A stretch of 64,000 nt of DNA, taken from positions 40,458-104,457 of the forward strand of contig VMEU01000001.1 in assembly GCA_007375675.1 (NCBI GenBank). Reading direction: 5' to 3'. Every line of letters starts with the position of its first letter. Positions within the stretch are counted from its first letter, which is position 1. This document shows positions 44,291 through 53,535 of this stretch, in pieces. The notes under the pieces were generated by a model. The model searched no databases. It saw only the letters and a program-made list of their open reading frames with translations, and had not been told where the DNA came from. This DNA is from Parcubacteria group bacterium Greene0416_39 (lineage in GTDB: Bacteria; Patescibacteriota; Minisyncoccia; Minisyncoccales; UBA10102). Made by a program: the position numbers and the translations under genes.

Positions 44291-44812
44291 ATGAATATCC
44301 TTTTATTGTTCCTTTATGGCTCCTTTAGTGTTTTTACGCTGCTTTTCCTTATTATAATGATAGAGTCTTTACTGCGAGGACACGACTTGCCAACAAATAG
44401 CAAGACAACTGAAAGTATTTGTAAAATTATATCAGAGTATAAACGTGAAGCCAGTAATTTTTACGATTTAGGGTGCGCCAGAGGCGCGCTCGCAATTCGC
44501 ATAAAAAGAAGGTTTCCCAACCTTTCTGTTTATGCGTTCGACAATAGCGGTATACGTATTGTATGTGCTAAGCTGAGAGCCCTATTGGTAAGGGCAGACA
44601 TACGCTTTGCGCAAGAAAACATTTTTGACGTGGATTTAGGCAACTCAGATATTGTCTACACGTATCTTTGGTATGACACAATGCCTTTGCTTGAGAAAAA
44701 ATTGCAAAAGGAGTTAAAAAAAGGCGCCCTGGTAATTGCGAACACCTCGCATTTTCCCAATTGGGAGCCCATAAAACAAATCGAAACTTTATTTATCTAC
44801 CGTAAAACTTAA
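44291..44812 (+). CDS. Class I SAM-dependent methyltransferase with N-terminal TM helix
   Basis: Motif I FYDLGCARGALAI; 173 aa. Confidence 0.6.
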   Translation: MNILLLFLYGSFSVFTLLFLIIMIESLLRGHDLPTNSKTTESICKIISEYKREASNFYDLGCARGALAIRIKRRFPNLSVYAFDNSGIRIVCAKLRALLVRADIRFAQENIFDVDLGNSDIVYTYLWYDTMPLLEKKLQKELKKGALVIANTSHFPNWEPIKQIETLFIYRKT

Positions 44813-44829
44813 AAAATTGCAGTTGAGTT

Positions 44830-45321
44830 TCAGCCTCTTATCTTAATTTTGCGTACCTTCTGGCGTTCCATTTTAGGAAGGCGCAAGGTGAAAATGCCGT
44901 CTTTGAGAGATGCCTCAATTCTGTTTATGTCAACTTCTTCAGGGAGAATGATCTGGCGGGAAAACGGCCCCCAGTAGCATTCCTGATAAAAGTAGTTTTT
45001 TTCTTCTTCTGGGTTGGGGTTGTTTCTTGTTCCTGAAATAGTCACCACGTCATTCTCCATGTTGATATCCAAATCGTCTGGGCCTACCCCCGCAACAGTA
45101 GACTGAATAACAATTTCTTGGTCTGTTTGGTACACGTCAACAGCGAGCTCTCCTTCTGGTTCAAACCATTCCTTTTCCTTTTTACTCATCTTCACCTCAA
45201 TCTTTTTGCCTTTCTTAGGCTGCTTCTCTTCTTTGTTTTCCGTTTCTTCTTCCTCTTGCTTTTCTTTAACCTCCTCAGCCTCAACTCCCATGCTGTTCTT
45301 TAGTTTGTTAAAAAATCCCAT
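44830..45321 (-). CDS. Hsp20/alpha-crystallin small heat-shock protein
   Basis: ACD region AVDVYQTDQEIVIQSTVAGV...FSRQIILPEEVD...ASLKDGIFTLRLPK; Lys/Glu-rich N-terminus. Confidence 0.8.
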   Translation of the reverse strand: MGFFNKLKNSMGVEAEEVKEKQEEEETENKEEKQPKKGKKIEVKMSKKEKEWFEPEGELAVDVYQTDQEIVIQSTVAGVGPDDLDINMENDVVTISGTRNNPNPEEEKNYFYQECYWGPFSRQIILPEEVDINRIEASLKDGIFTLRLPKMERQKVRKIKIRG

Positions 45322-45325
45322 ACGT

Positions 45326-46048
45326 TTAGAGTTTGCAGACGCCTTTCATCTTTTTTACCTGTGAAATGATAAAGAAGAGAAAGATCGCTGTGCTACAAAT
45401 TATGATGAGGGGAATGCCAAAGTGCATCCATCCCCCTCCTTTTATTATAAACAAGTTGAAGAAACCATGCAAGAGCGTGCTCAAAGAAAGGCCTGCTGCA
45501 AGAGTGAAGAATGATGGTTTGCGCCTACGGCTGGAAAGTACGAGAAAATAGCCCAGCATTCCAGAAGCTAAGGTATGAAGAAATGTTGCCCCAATAAATC
45601 TGAAAGCGCTCAAGGCGGCAATATGAGAAGGAAGCGCAAAAGGGCCAAGGCCAGCTAATATTAAGACATTCTCAAGCGCGGCAAATCCCAGAGCAGAGAT
45701 TATCATGTATAGTATGAGGTCTAGCGGTTCGTCAAGCGCCGAGACCGAGTTTGAAAACACTTTCCATTTCACCACAAGGAATTTGAGCACCTCCTCTACC
45801 AAGGCAATGCCAAAGAATACATACAGAATGAAAAGGAGCTGGGGAGAGAGCAAAGAAAGCTTGAGCATGGGGCGCAGCGCGAGCTCAATGCCAATTGCAG
45901 GAATGGTAGCAGCCATGCCCCAGAAAAATACGCGAAGGATCATAGGGTTGGGTTCTGGGTGCACATCTTTTCTCAAGTAAAAGAGGAGCCACACGATGCT
46001 GGGCGCAAATCCAAAAAATATAAACAAAGGATAATTTATACTGGCCAT
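45326..46048 (-). CDS. PrsW-family intramembrane metalloprotease
   Basis: Multi-TM; EEVLKF and GFAALEN PrsW motifs. Confidence 0.7.
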   Translation of the reverse strand: MASINYPLFIFFGFAPSIVWLLFYLRKDVHPEPNPMILRVFFWGMAATIPAIGIELALRPMLKLSLLSPQLLFILYVFFGIALVEEVLKFLVVKWKVFSNSVSALDEPLDLILYMIISALGFAALENVLILAGLGPFALPSHIAALSAFRFIGATFLHTLASGMLGYFLVLSSRRRKPSFFTLAAGLSLSTLLHGFFNLFIIKGGGWMHFGIPLIIICSTAIFLFFIISQVKKMKGVCKL

Positions 46049-48171
46049 TTTTCAATCATGAGTGTTTCTTTCTTGTTTTTCAAAGGAAGCTGCTGATAGA
46101 TTTCTTCGGTTACAAAAGGAATAAAAGGATGAAGCATCTTTATTATATCTTTAAAGATTGATAAAAGCACGTACTGCCTTGCGGTTTTTCGTTTGGGGTT
46201 TTGGAGAATTGCTTTTGACTCCTCAAGGATTTTGTCTGCAAACGTGTGCCAGAGATAATGGTATAGGGTTTCTGCTGCATGAGAGAATCGAAACTTTTCA
46301 ATGTAGCTTGTGGTTTTCTTTGCCACGAGAGAGAATTCTTTTTGTATCTTTCGGTCTTGCGTGGTGAGGCGGGGGATCGTCTTTCGATCGTAGTCCTGGG
46401 CGTTAAGGAGCAGGAATCTCGCAACGTTCCATACTTTGTTCACAAAGTTTCTGTATCCCCTTATCTTTTCTTCTGAAAGAATAGTATCTTTGCCTGGCAT
46501 ATTCCCGATAGTTAAGGCCATGCGCAGTGCATCGGTACCATACTGTTCAGTAATGCCAAGAGGATCTACTACGTTGCCCTTGGACTTTGACATTTTCTGC
46601 CTGTCTTTATCGCGCACGAGGCCGTGAAGGTACACGGTTTCAAAAGGTACTTTTCCCGTACAGTAGAGTCCAAGCATGATCATGCGTGCCACCCAGAAGA
46701 ATAAAATATCCCAGCCCGTTTCCAGTACGGAGGTAGGGTAGAATGTTTTGAAATCTTTTCCGTTGGGAAAGCCCAAGGTAGCAAACGGCCACTGCCCAGA
46801 AGAAAACCACGTATCAAACACGTCAGGATCTTTTGTGAGGTTTGAAGAGTTGCATTTTGAACATTGCGTCGGTTCTTTGCCTTCGGTAGTAACCCAAGAA
46901 AAGCATTCATTGCATTGCCAGGCGGGTATTGCAATGCCCCACCAGTTTTGGCGGGATATGTTCCAGTCTCTGATGTTTTTCATCCAATGGGAGAATATCT
47001 TTTCTTGGTTTTTGGGGATGATGGCGATTTTTTTTCTTTTCACAGCTTCTGTTGCTGCTTTTGTCAAAGGTTCTACCCTCACAAACCACTGAGCCATGAG
47101 CATTGGTTCAATGACGCTGTTGCATTTGTAGCAGAGGGCAACGGTATGAGTATAATTTTGGTCTATCTTTTCCATGAGCCCTTTTATTTGCATGTCCTCT
47201 GCGACTTTCTGGCGTGCTTCAAGAACTTTCATTCCCGCATAAGGCCCAGCGACTTGGGTAAGTTTTCCATCTTGCGCTATAACCCGAATGGGCCCTGGAA
47301 TTTCTTGTTTGTGCCTCTGCCACGTTTCAAAATCATTAAAGTCGTGCGCCGGTGTTACTTTTACTGCTCCAGTCCCGAATTCAGGATCTACTGATTCATC
47401 TGCGATAACTTTGATTTTTTTCTTTCCGAGCACTGTCTCTACTTCAAGCTCTTTGCCAATATATTGCAGGTACCGTTTGTCTTTTGGGTGAACCGCAATT
47501 GCAGTATCTCCGAATTTTGTTTCAGGACGAACAGTAGCCAATGTGATTGGCCCATACTTCATATAGTAGAGAGGGTCTTTTCTTTCTTCGTGTTTGATTT
47601 CAAGCTCTGAAAATGCAGTTCTGTGTTTGGTGCAGTAATTGACCAATCGTTCTCCGCGGTAGATTAGTCCCTCATCGAACATTCTCTTGAACGTGCCGTA
47701 CACGGTTTTTACGATGGCGGGATCAAGCGTAAATGTATCGCGAGACCAGTCGCAAGAAGCGCCAAGTTTTTTAATCTGATTTCGCACCACTGCTCTGTTC
47801 TCCTGGGTATACCGCCATACTTCTTCGTAAAACTGTTGTCGAGTCATTTGAAACCGCGCCCTTCCTTCTTTTTCCAATTTCTTTTCGTATACCACTTGAG
47901 TCTCAAAGCCGGCATGGTCTTCCCCGGGGAGCCATAGCGTCTTTTCCCCTTTCATGCGGTGATATCGGATTATGATATCTTCCAATGCAATCATTACTGC
48001 GTTGCCAGCGTGGAGAGGATTGGATGCATTAGGAGGAGGCATTAAAATAGTAAAGGGTTTCTTGTGGTTCCTGGGGAGATTGTCTGGATTAAAAAATCCG
48101 CTCTTTTCCCACAAGGCATAGATTTTATCCTCCACCCGTTTGTGATCGTATGTCTTTGATAGTTCTTTCAT
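46036..48171 (-). CDS. valS: Valine--tRNA ligase (short form lacking C-terminal coiled coil)
   Basis: PFTILMPPPNASNPLHAGN (HIGH-like), WLPGEDHAGFETQ, KMSKSKGN; 711 aa. Confidence 0.8.
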   Translation of the reverse strand: MKELSKTYDHKRVEDKIYALWEKSGFFNPDNLPRNHKKPFTILMPPPNASNPLHAGNAVMIALEDIIIRYHRMKGEKTLWLPGEDHAGFETQVVYEKKLEKEGRARFQMTRQQFYEEVWRYTQENRAVVRNQIKKLGASCDWSRDTFTLDPAIVKTVYGTFKRMFDEGLIYRGERLVNYCTKHRTAFSELEIKHEERKDPLYYMKYGPITLATVRPETKFGDTAIAVHPKDKRYLQYIGKELEVETVLGKKKIKVIADESVDPEFGTGAVKVTPAHDFNDFETWQRHKQEIPGPIRVIAQDGKLTQVAGPYAGMKVLEARQKVAEDMQIKGLMEKIDQNYTHTVALCYKCNSVIEPMLMAQWFVRVEPLTKAATEAVKRKKIAIIPKNQEKIFSHWMKNIRDWNISRQNWWGIAIPAWQCNECFSWVTTEGKEPTQCSKCNSSNLTKDPDVFDTWFSSGQWPFATLGFPNGKDFKTFYPTSVLETGWDILFFWVARMIMLGLYCTGKVPFETVYLHGLVRDKDRQKMSKSKGNVVDPLGITEQYGTDALRMALTIGNMPGKDTILSEEKIRGYRNFVNKVWNVARFLLLNAQDYDRKTIPRLTTQDRKIQKEFSLVAKKTTSYIEKFRFSHAAETLYHYLWHTFADKILEESKAILQNPKRKTARQYVLLSIFKDIIKMLHPFIPFVTEEIYQQLPLKNKKETLMIEKWPV

Positions 48172-48194
48172 CCTGGTATCATTCTAACATTCTC

Positions 48195-49361
48195 TCATTC
48201 CAACCGTAAATTGGGCTTGGCAGCAATACGACTGAGGGCTTTGCCATGTTTTTTCTTTGAGAGATTGAAAAACCCTGCTAAAGCGGGCATCAAACCATTG
48301 TCAGTACACAGCCCAGGAGGAGCGACTAAAACTTGTATTTTGTATTTAGTATCTTGTATTTTGTATCGTAACTGTCTCCGGAGTTCTTCGTTTGCAGCGA
48401 CGCCGCCGCCAAGAACGATGCTTTTTGCGTTGTATTCGTAGGCGGCGCGCAGAGTTTTTGCTATCAATACGTCAATAATGGCTTGCTGAATTTCTTTTGC
48501 CATTGCACGGGTATATTCTTTTGATTTTCTTACTTTTTCTGGGCGTGACTTCCAGTCGTAGAGCACTGCAGTTTTCAAGCCGGAAAAGCTGAAGTCGTAA
48601 TCTTTCGTGTGCATCATTGGCCTAGGTAATTTAGGCAGAGAAAACGAAATTTTAGAAAACGTTTCCCCCCTTCCTCGCTTCGCTCGGAAGCCGCGCCCAC
48701 CCCCCACGTTTTCAAAATTTGTTTTCTCTGCCTCTTTGGCAATTGCTGGCCCGCCTGGATACGGAAGACCCAAAATTCTCGCGGTTTTATCAAAACATTC
48801 TCCTGCCGCGTCGTCTCTTGTTTCGCCTAGAATTTTATATTCTCCAAGCCCCGTTACCAACACCAGCTGGGTGTGTCCTCCAGAGACGAGCAAAGCAATA
48901 GCGGGGAAAGTGTTTTTAGTATTTAGTATTTTGTATTTAGTATTTTGTATTTGTTTCGGATTTTCATTTCCATAGAAAAACAGGGAAATGAGCATGTGTC
49001 CTTCCATGTGATCTATGGGAACTAGAGGAACGTTCCATTTTTTGGCAAGGTCTTTTGCAAACTCAATCCCAGTCCATAGACATGGATCAAGTCCAGGACC
49101 ATACGTAACCGCAATAACATCAATTGCGGGCTGTGCGAAGACGCCGGCCTCTTGGAGAGCGCGCTCGAGCACAACCGGCAAGTTTTTTATGTGTTCTCGT
49201 TTTGCGAGCGATGGGTACACCCCTCCGTATTTTGCATGAAGTTTTGCCTGGGAAGCAATAACGTTTGAGAGAATGCGAAAACGAGGGTTTTTCTTCCCTT
49301 GAATCTCTAAAACTGCGATAGCAGTTTCGTCGCACGAAGTTTCAATACCTAATATTCGCAT
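48195..49361 (-). CDS. tsaD: tRNA N6-adenosine threonylcarbamoyltransferase TsaD, carrying two in-frame low-complexity insertions
   Basis: MRILGIETSCDETAIAV...GVYPS...; insertions IQNTKYKILNTKNT and KIQDTKYKIQV are encoded by AT-rich tandem repeats at 48913-48952 and 48332-48368. Confidence 0.85.
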   Translation of the reverse strand: MRILGIETSCDETAIAVLEIQGKKNPRFRILSNVIASQAKLHAKYGGVYPSLAKREHIKNLPVVLERALQEAGVFAQPAIDVIAVTYGPGLDPCLWTGIEFAKDLAKKWNVPLVPIDHMEGHMLISLFFYGNENPKQIQNTKYKILNTKNTFPAIALLVSGGHTQLVLVTGLGEYKILGETRDDAAGECFDKTARILGLPYPGGPAIAKEAEKTNFENVGGGRGFRAKRGRGETFSKISFSLPKLPRPMMHTKDYDFSFSGLKTAVLYDWKSRPEKVRKSKEYTRAMAKEIQQAIIDVLIAKTLRAAYEYNAKSIVLGGGVAANEELRRQLRYKIQDTKYKIQVLVAPPGLCTDNGLMPALAGFFNLSKKKHGKALSRIAAKPNLRLE

Positions 49362-49425
49362 ATCCTTGAGCATAAGCGAAGTATTGATTTTTTGCAATTT
49401 TTGAGGTAGAATTGGAATACTCTAG

Positions 49426-49503
49426 GGCCCCATCGTCTAGCCCGGTCTAGGACATCTCCTTTTCAAGGAGGTAACACGAGTTCGAATCTCGTTGGGGCCA
49501 CCA
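49426..49503 (+). tRNA. tRNA-Glu(TTC)
   Basis: Acceptor GGCCCCA/TGGGGCC; anticodon stem TCTCC/GGAGG, loop TTTTCAA; T-arm ACGAG-TTCGAAT-CTCGT; CCA encoded. Confidence 0.8.
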
Positions 49504-49504
49504 C

Positions 49505-51592
49505 TTATTCAAGGTGGAGTTTTGCTCGGAGCTCTTGGATTTTTTGTTTGAGCAGAGGATATTTTTTGAGAGCAATGTCTTCGTCAAGAATCTTTGTAGC
49601 TGCGTCCCTTGTTTCTTGCACGAGCTCAAGGTTGGTGAGCTGGGTCATTGCAAAGTCTGGAATGCCCCACTGTTTGGTTCCTGCAAAATCGCCAGGGCCT
49701 CGGATTTTCAGGTCTTGTTCGGCTAACTCAAATCCGCTGTCTAACTGCTCCAAGGCCTTGAGGCGCGCCCTTGCATTTGGGGAGTTTGATTCTGCAAACA
49801 GCAGGCAATACGATTGATGTTCTGCTCTGCCAACTCTGCCTCGAAATTGGTGGAGCTGGGCTAAACCAAATCGATCTGCTCCTTCAATCATCATCACAGC
49901 GGCGTTTGGAATATCAACTCCAACCTCCACAACAGACGTTGAGACTAAAATATCTGTTTTGCCTTGCCTGAACTTCTTCATCACCTCCTCTTTTTCTCTG
50001 GAGCTCAGCTTCCCGTGGAGCATGCCAACGCGCAGGTCGGGGAATACCTCTTTGGAAAGTTTTTCATACTCTTCTTTTACTGTTTTTATGTCTTCTCCTT
50101 CTGCCGTGTGCTCGGTCCTCTCAATGCGAGGACAAATCACAAACACCTGCCTTCCTTTTTGTACTTGCTTAGCAATAAACCCGTACGCGCTTTTCCTTGC
50201 AGAAGGAGGAACTACTTTTGTGATTATCTTTTTTCTCCCCTCAGGGAGTTCTTTAATAAGCGTGAGGTCTAAGTCTCCATATAGAGTAAGAGCAAGAGTT
50301 CTTGGGATTGGAGTTGCAGTCATTGATAAGAGGTGGGGGATGAGAACTGAACGACGAAGAAGCTTGGCCCGCTGCTTGATTCCAAAGCGGTGCTGCTCGT
50401 CAACCACCAAAAGGCCCAGGTTCTCAAACTTCACTTTATCTTCAATCAAGGCATGGGTGCCAATAAGAATATCAATGTCTCCTTCCAAGGTTTTTTTGAG
50501 AAGTCGGGCTCTTGAGATTTCAATCACATCATTGGGAAGTTTGGGGGAGACAAACCGGTCTGCGCTCCCTGTAAGCAAGCCAATCGTAACCTTAAACTTT
50601 TGGAGGATTTCACTCACTGTTTTAAAATGCTGTTTTGCAAGAATTTCCGTTGGAGACAGAAAGGCAACCTGCAGCCCTGCCTTCATTGCTCCAAGGGCTG
50701 CCATTGTAGCAACTATTGTTTTGCCAGAGCCTACGTCTCCTTGGAGCAACCGGTTCATGGGCCTTGGTTTTTCCAAGTCTTTCAAGATAACCCAGGCAGC
50801 TTTTTTTTGGGAGTCTGTTAACTGGAAAGGCAAAGAATTGGTGAGGCGCTTCATGAGAGGCGGATCAAAGGGTATGGCAGGAGCTTTCACCTCTGCTATT
50901 TTTTTGCGTTCCGCGAGAACAAAGAGAAGAATATAAAAAAGTTCTTCAAATGCAAAGCGTTTTGCGGCGGTATCTGCGCTCTCCATAGAATTTGGGAAAT
51001 GGATTTGCCACAAGGCCTGCTTTACAGGAAGGAAGCGTTTCTCTCTTACAATTGATTCTGGGAGCGTTTCTGGAATCTCTGATATTGTTGCCAACACCCG
51101 TTTGATAATAGTTCTTAGCCATCGTGAAGAAAGCCCTCTTGTTTCAGGGTACACAGGAATTATTCTTCCCACATGGGTGAGTGAGGAACGGTCTTTCTCA
51201 TGAGATGGGTTGACAAACGCAATCCCGTCTTTATCTCGTGTGACTTTTCCTGCGACAAGGACGACGTCACCATTAGTAAAGTATTCTGCAAGATACGGTT
51301 GGCTGAACCACACTATTCTCAAGGATCCTGTTGCATCTTTGAGTATTGCAGATGTGAGAGAGAACCGTTTTTTGAACGTCTGAGTCTTTTTAAGGTTTGT
51401 CAGTTCTCCCTTCACGCAATACGTTCCTCCCTCTTTAATGTCTGAAATCTTGGTGATGCGAGAGAAATCTACATAGGTGCGGGGGAAGTAAAACAAAAGA
51501 TCTCGTACATTTGCAATGCCGAGCTTCTTTAATTTCTGGGAGAATGAGGGCCCTACGCCCAAAACTTCAGAGAGGGGAGTTGAGAATGTCAT
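49505..51592 (-). CDS. recG: ATP-dependent DNA helicase RecG
   Basis: Wedge domain; Walker A GDVGSGKTIVA; DEAH-like VVDEQHRFG; 695 aa. Confidence 0.85.
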   Translation of the reverse strand: MTFSTPLSEVLGVGPSFSQKLKKLGIANVRDLLFYFPRTYVDFSRITKISDIKEGGTYCVKGELTNLKKTQTFKKRFSLTSAILKDATGSLRIVWFSQPYLAEYFTNGDVVLVAGKVTRDKDGIAFVNPSHEKDRSSLTHVGRIIPVYPETRGLSSRWLRTIIKRVLATISEIPETLPESIVREKRFLPVKQALWQIHFPNSMESADTAAKRFAFEELFYILLFVLAERKKIAEVKAPAIPFDPPLMKRLTNSLPFQLTDSQKKAAWVILKDLEKPRPMNRLLQGDVGSGKTIVATMAALGAMKAGLQVAFLSPTEILAKQHFKTVSEILQKFKVTIGLLTGSADRFVSPKLPNDVIEISRARLLKKTLEGDIDILIGTHALIEDKVKFENLGLLVVDEQHRFGIKQRAKLLRRSVLIPHLLSMTATPIPRTLALTLYGDLDLTLIKELPEGRKKIITKVVPPSARKSAYGFIAKQVQKGRQVFVICPRIERTEHTAEGEDIKTVKEEYEKLSKEVFPDLRVGMLHGKLSSREKEEVMKKFRQGKTDILVSTSVVEVGVDIPNAAVMMIEGADRFGLAQLHQFRGRVGRAEHQSYCLLFAESNSPNARARLKALEQLDSGFELAEQDLKIRGPGDFAGTKQWGIPDFAMTQLTNLELVQETRDAATKILDEDIALKKYPLLKQKIQELRAKLHLE

Positions 51593-51617
51593 GGTTTACA
51601 CTGAGCTTGTCGAAGTG

Positions 51618-51829
51618 TGTCCCCATGTGGAATCGAACCACAATTTTAGCCTTCGCCCCGCACCGTTTCTGTGCGTCCACGAGGAATCGAACCTCGATTT
51701 CAGCCTTCGCAGGGCTGCGCTCTATCCGTTGAGCTATGAACGCATAAAGGTGCGGGGCAGGCAGGGCTATTTACCCCGTACCGAGCTTTGCTCTGGTACG
51801 GGGCGCTCTATCCGTTGAGCTATGGGGAC
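51618..51829 (-). tRNA. Split/outer tRNA-like gene: acceptor + D-arm + 5' anticodon stem (51797-51829) and 3' anticodon stem + T-arm + acceptor (51618-51660) separated by ~140 nt that contain a complete tRNA
   Basis: 5' part GTCCCCATAGCTCAACGGATAGAGCGCCCCG; 3' part CGGGGCGAAGGCTAAAATTGTGGTTCGATTCCACATGGGGACA. Acceptor halves GTCCCCA/TGGGGAC and anticodon-stem halves CCCCG/CGGGG are perfectly complementary. The 5' part resembles the tRNA-Arg genes at 14772 and 15868. Confidence 0.45.
51672..51743 (-). tRNA. tRNA-Arg(GCG) (unusual anticodon), nested inside the split tRNA-like gene
   Basis: Acceptor GCGTTCA/TGGACGC; D-arm GCTC-AACGGATA-GAGC; anticodon stem CAGCC/GGCTG, loop CTGCGAA; T-arm CGAGG-TTCGATT-CCTCG. 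Confidence 0.65.
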
Positions 51830-51901
51830 GTACATTTTTTATAGCATACAACGCGACCCGTTGGTATAGGCAAGTTTGTATGCTTGTGATAGTATGGAGG
51901 T

Positions 51902-52906
51902 ATGGCTGAAATGGTAAATTCTAAAAGGGCAAAGTTCCCTAGAGGGCTACAAAGAAGGTTCATTCAGAAAGTTCTCATAAACCTTTCTTTTGAGAAAGTC
52001 GCAGGTCTTTGTGGAGTTTCTCAGCGTACCATAAGAGATTGGCGCCGCGAAAAGTTTTTAATGGATTTTAGTGCCGTCAAGGTATTATGCAACAGAGCAA
52101 AGCTGCCATTCCCGCAACATATCAAGCTCAAGGATCGTTATTGGTATACTTCAAAAGGAGCCAAGTATGGCTGGAGTTTGGTGCTCAAAAAATATGGGAG
52201 GATTCCTTTAGATGAAGAGTATCGTAAAGAGAAATGGTATGAATGGTGGGAACGGGAGGGAAGGTATAAAAGGCATCCTATCATAAACGTTTCCAAACCA
52301 ATCCGAAAACCCGCTTTTTCCAAGGAGCTTGCCGAATTTGTAGGTATTGTGTTAGGTGATGGTGGCATAAGTAAAAGGCAGATTACGGTATCTTTACACA
52401 GTATCGATGACAAAGAATATTCACATTATGTTTCTGCATTAATCAAAAAGCTTTTCCTTGTTCCTGTTTCAATTCGTCCAGATAAAAACGCTAAAGTTGT
52501 AGATCTTGTTATTTCTCGTACGGAGTTGATACGTTTCTGTACCCAGACATTAGGCTTACGAATCGGCAACAAAGTAAAACAGCAAGTAGATGTTCCTCAT
52601 TGGATTAAACACAATAAGAGCTATATTCTTGCCTGCACCAGGGGACTTGTTGATACCGATGGTTCCGTATATCTTCACAGATACAAGGTAAATGGGAAGT
52701 GGTATACGTATTCAAAACTTTCGTTTTCTAATCGTTCCATGCCACTTCTTCAGTTTGTGCTTTGTACCTTTAAAACGCTTGGCATGAATCCTCGTTTAAC
52801 CAAGTATAACGAGGCCGTACGTTTAGAAAGTAAAAACGACATGAAATCATATTTTGGTTTAATAGGAACTCATAACCCGAAATATTTGAAGAAATACAGG
52901 AATTAG
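51902..52906 (+). CDS. Free-standing LAGLIDADG homing endonuclease (two motifs)
   Basis: FVGIVLGDGGISKRQ and ACTRGLVDTDGSVYLH LAGLIDADG motifs; 334 aa; divergent from the nested tRNA locus 70 nt away. Confidence 0.75.
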   Translation: MAEMVNSKRAKFPRGLQRRFIQKVLINLSFEKVAGLCGVSQRTIRDWRREKFLMDFSAVKVLCNRAKLPFPQHIKLKDRYWYTSKGAKYGWSLVLKKYGRIPLDEEYRKEKWYEWWEREGRYKRHPIINVSKPIRKPAFSKELAEFVGIVLGDGGISKRQITVSLHSIDDKEYSHYVSALIKKLFLVPVSIRPDKNAKVVDLVISRTELIRFCTQTLGLRIGNKVKQQVDVPHWIKHNKSYILACTRGLVDTDGSVYLHRYKVNGKWYTYSKLSFSNRSMPLLQFVLCTFKTLGMNPRLTKYNEAVRLESKNDMKSYFGLIGTHNPKYLKKYRN

Positions 52907-52924
52907 GATATAATTAGATATAAG

Positions 52925-53012
52925 GGAGGAGTCGCATAGTTGGCCTATTGCGGCACTTTGCTAATGTGCTTGGGGAGAAATCCCCTCGTGGGTTCGAATC
53001 CCACCTCCTCCG
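52925..53012 (+). tRNA. tRNA-Ser(GCT), class II
   Basis: Acceptor GGAGGAG/CTCCTCC; anticodon loop TTGCTAA (31-39 U.U); variable hairpin GGGGAGAAATCCCC; T-arm GTGGG-TTCGAAT-CCCAC. Confidence 0.7.
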
Positions 53013-53029
53013 CAGCAAATGAAATACGT

Positions 53030-53422
53030 ATGGAGATGACGAACGAAGAACTCATTGAAAAAGCAAGGTCTATTGTAAAGCCAAAAAAGATGAGGCATGG
53101 TTTTACCACCGCAGATTGCGCTTGCGTTTTGGTTACAGAGAAAGGAAATGTGTACCTTGGCGTGAGCATAGATACTTCTTCTAGTATGGGATTTTGTGCT
53201 GAGCGTAGTGCTCTTGCGGCTATGGTTACCAATCAGGAGTTTAAGATTAAGAAGATAGTTGCTGTTCTTGAGGACGGTACTGTTCTTTCCCCCTGTGGCG
53301 TGTGCCGAGAGTTTATGTATCAAATCGATAGAGATAACTTAGATGCGGATGTGATAGTAGAAAAAGATAAAGTGGTTAAACTCAAAGATTTACTCCCTTT
53401 TCCATGGGATGAGAGCTTGTAA
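53030..53422 (+). CDS. cdd: Cytidine/deoxycytidine deaminase (tetrameric Cdd type)
   Basis: Zinc ligand motifs GFCAERSALAAM and SPCGVCREFM; start MEMTNEEL after the tRNA. Confidence 0.75.
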   Translation: MEMTNEELIEKARSIVKPKKMRHGFTTADCACVLVTEKGNVYLGVSIDTSSSMGFCAERSALAAMVTNQEFKIKKIVAVLEDGTVLSPCGVCREFMYQIDRDNLDADVIVEKDKVVKLKDLLPFPWDESL

Positions 53423-53535
53423 AGGGTTCCAACATAGTCCCGGGCGTTAAGCACTCAGCGTTTAACGGTTCACATATGATGGCAAAAATTTCAAAAGCCC
53501 TTGGTATTCCAATGGAAAGTTTATTGAAATAATTT

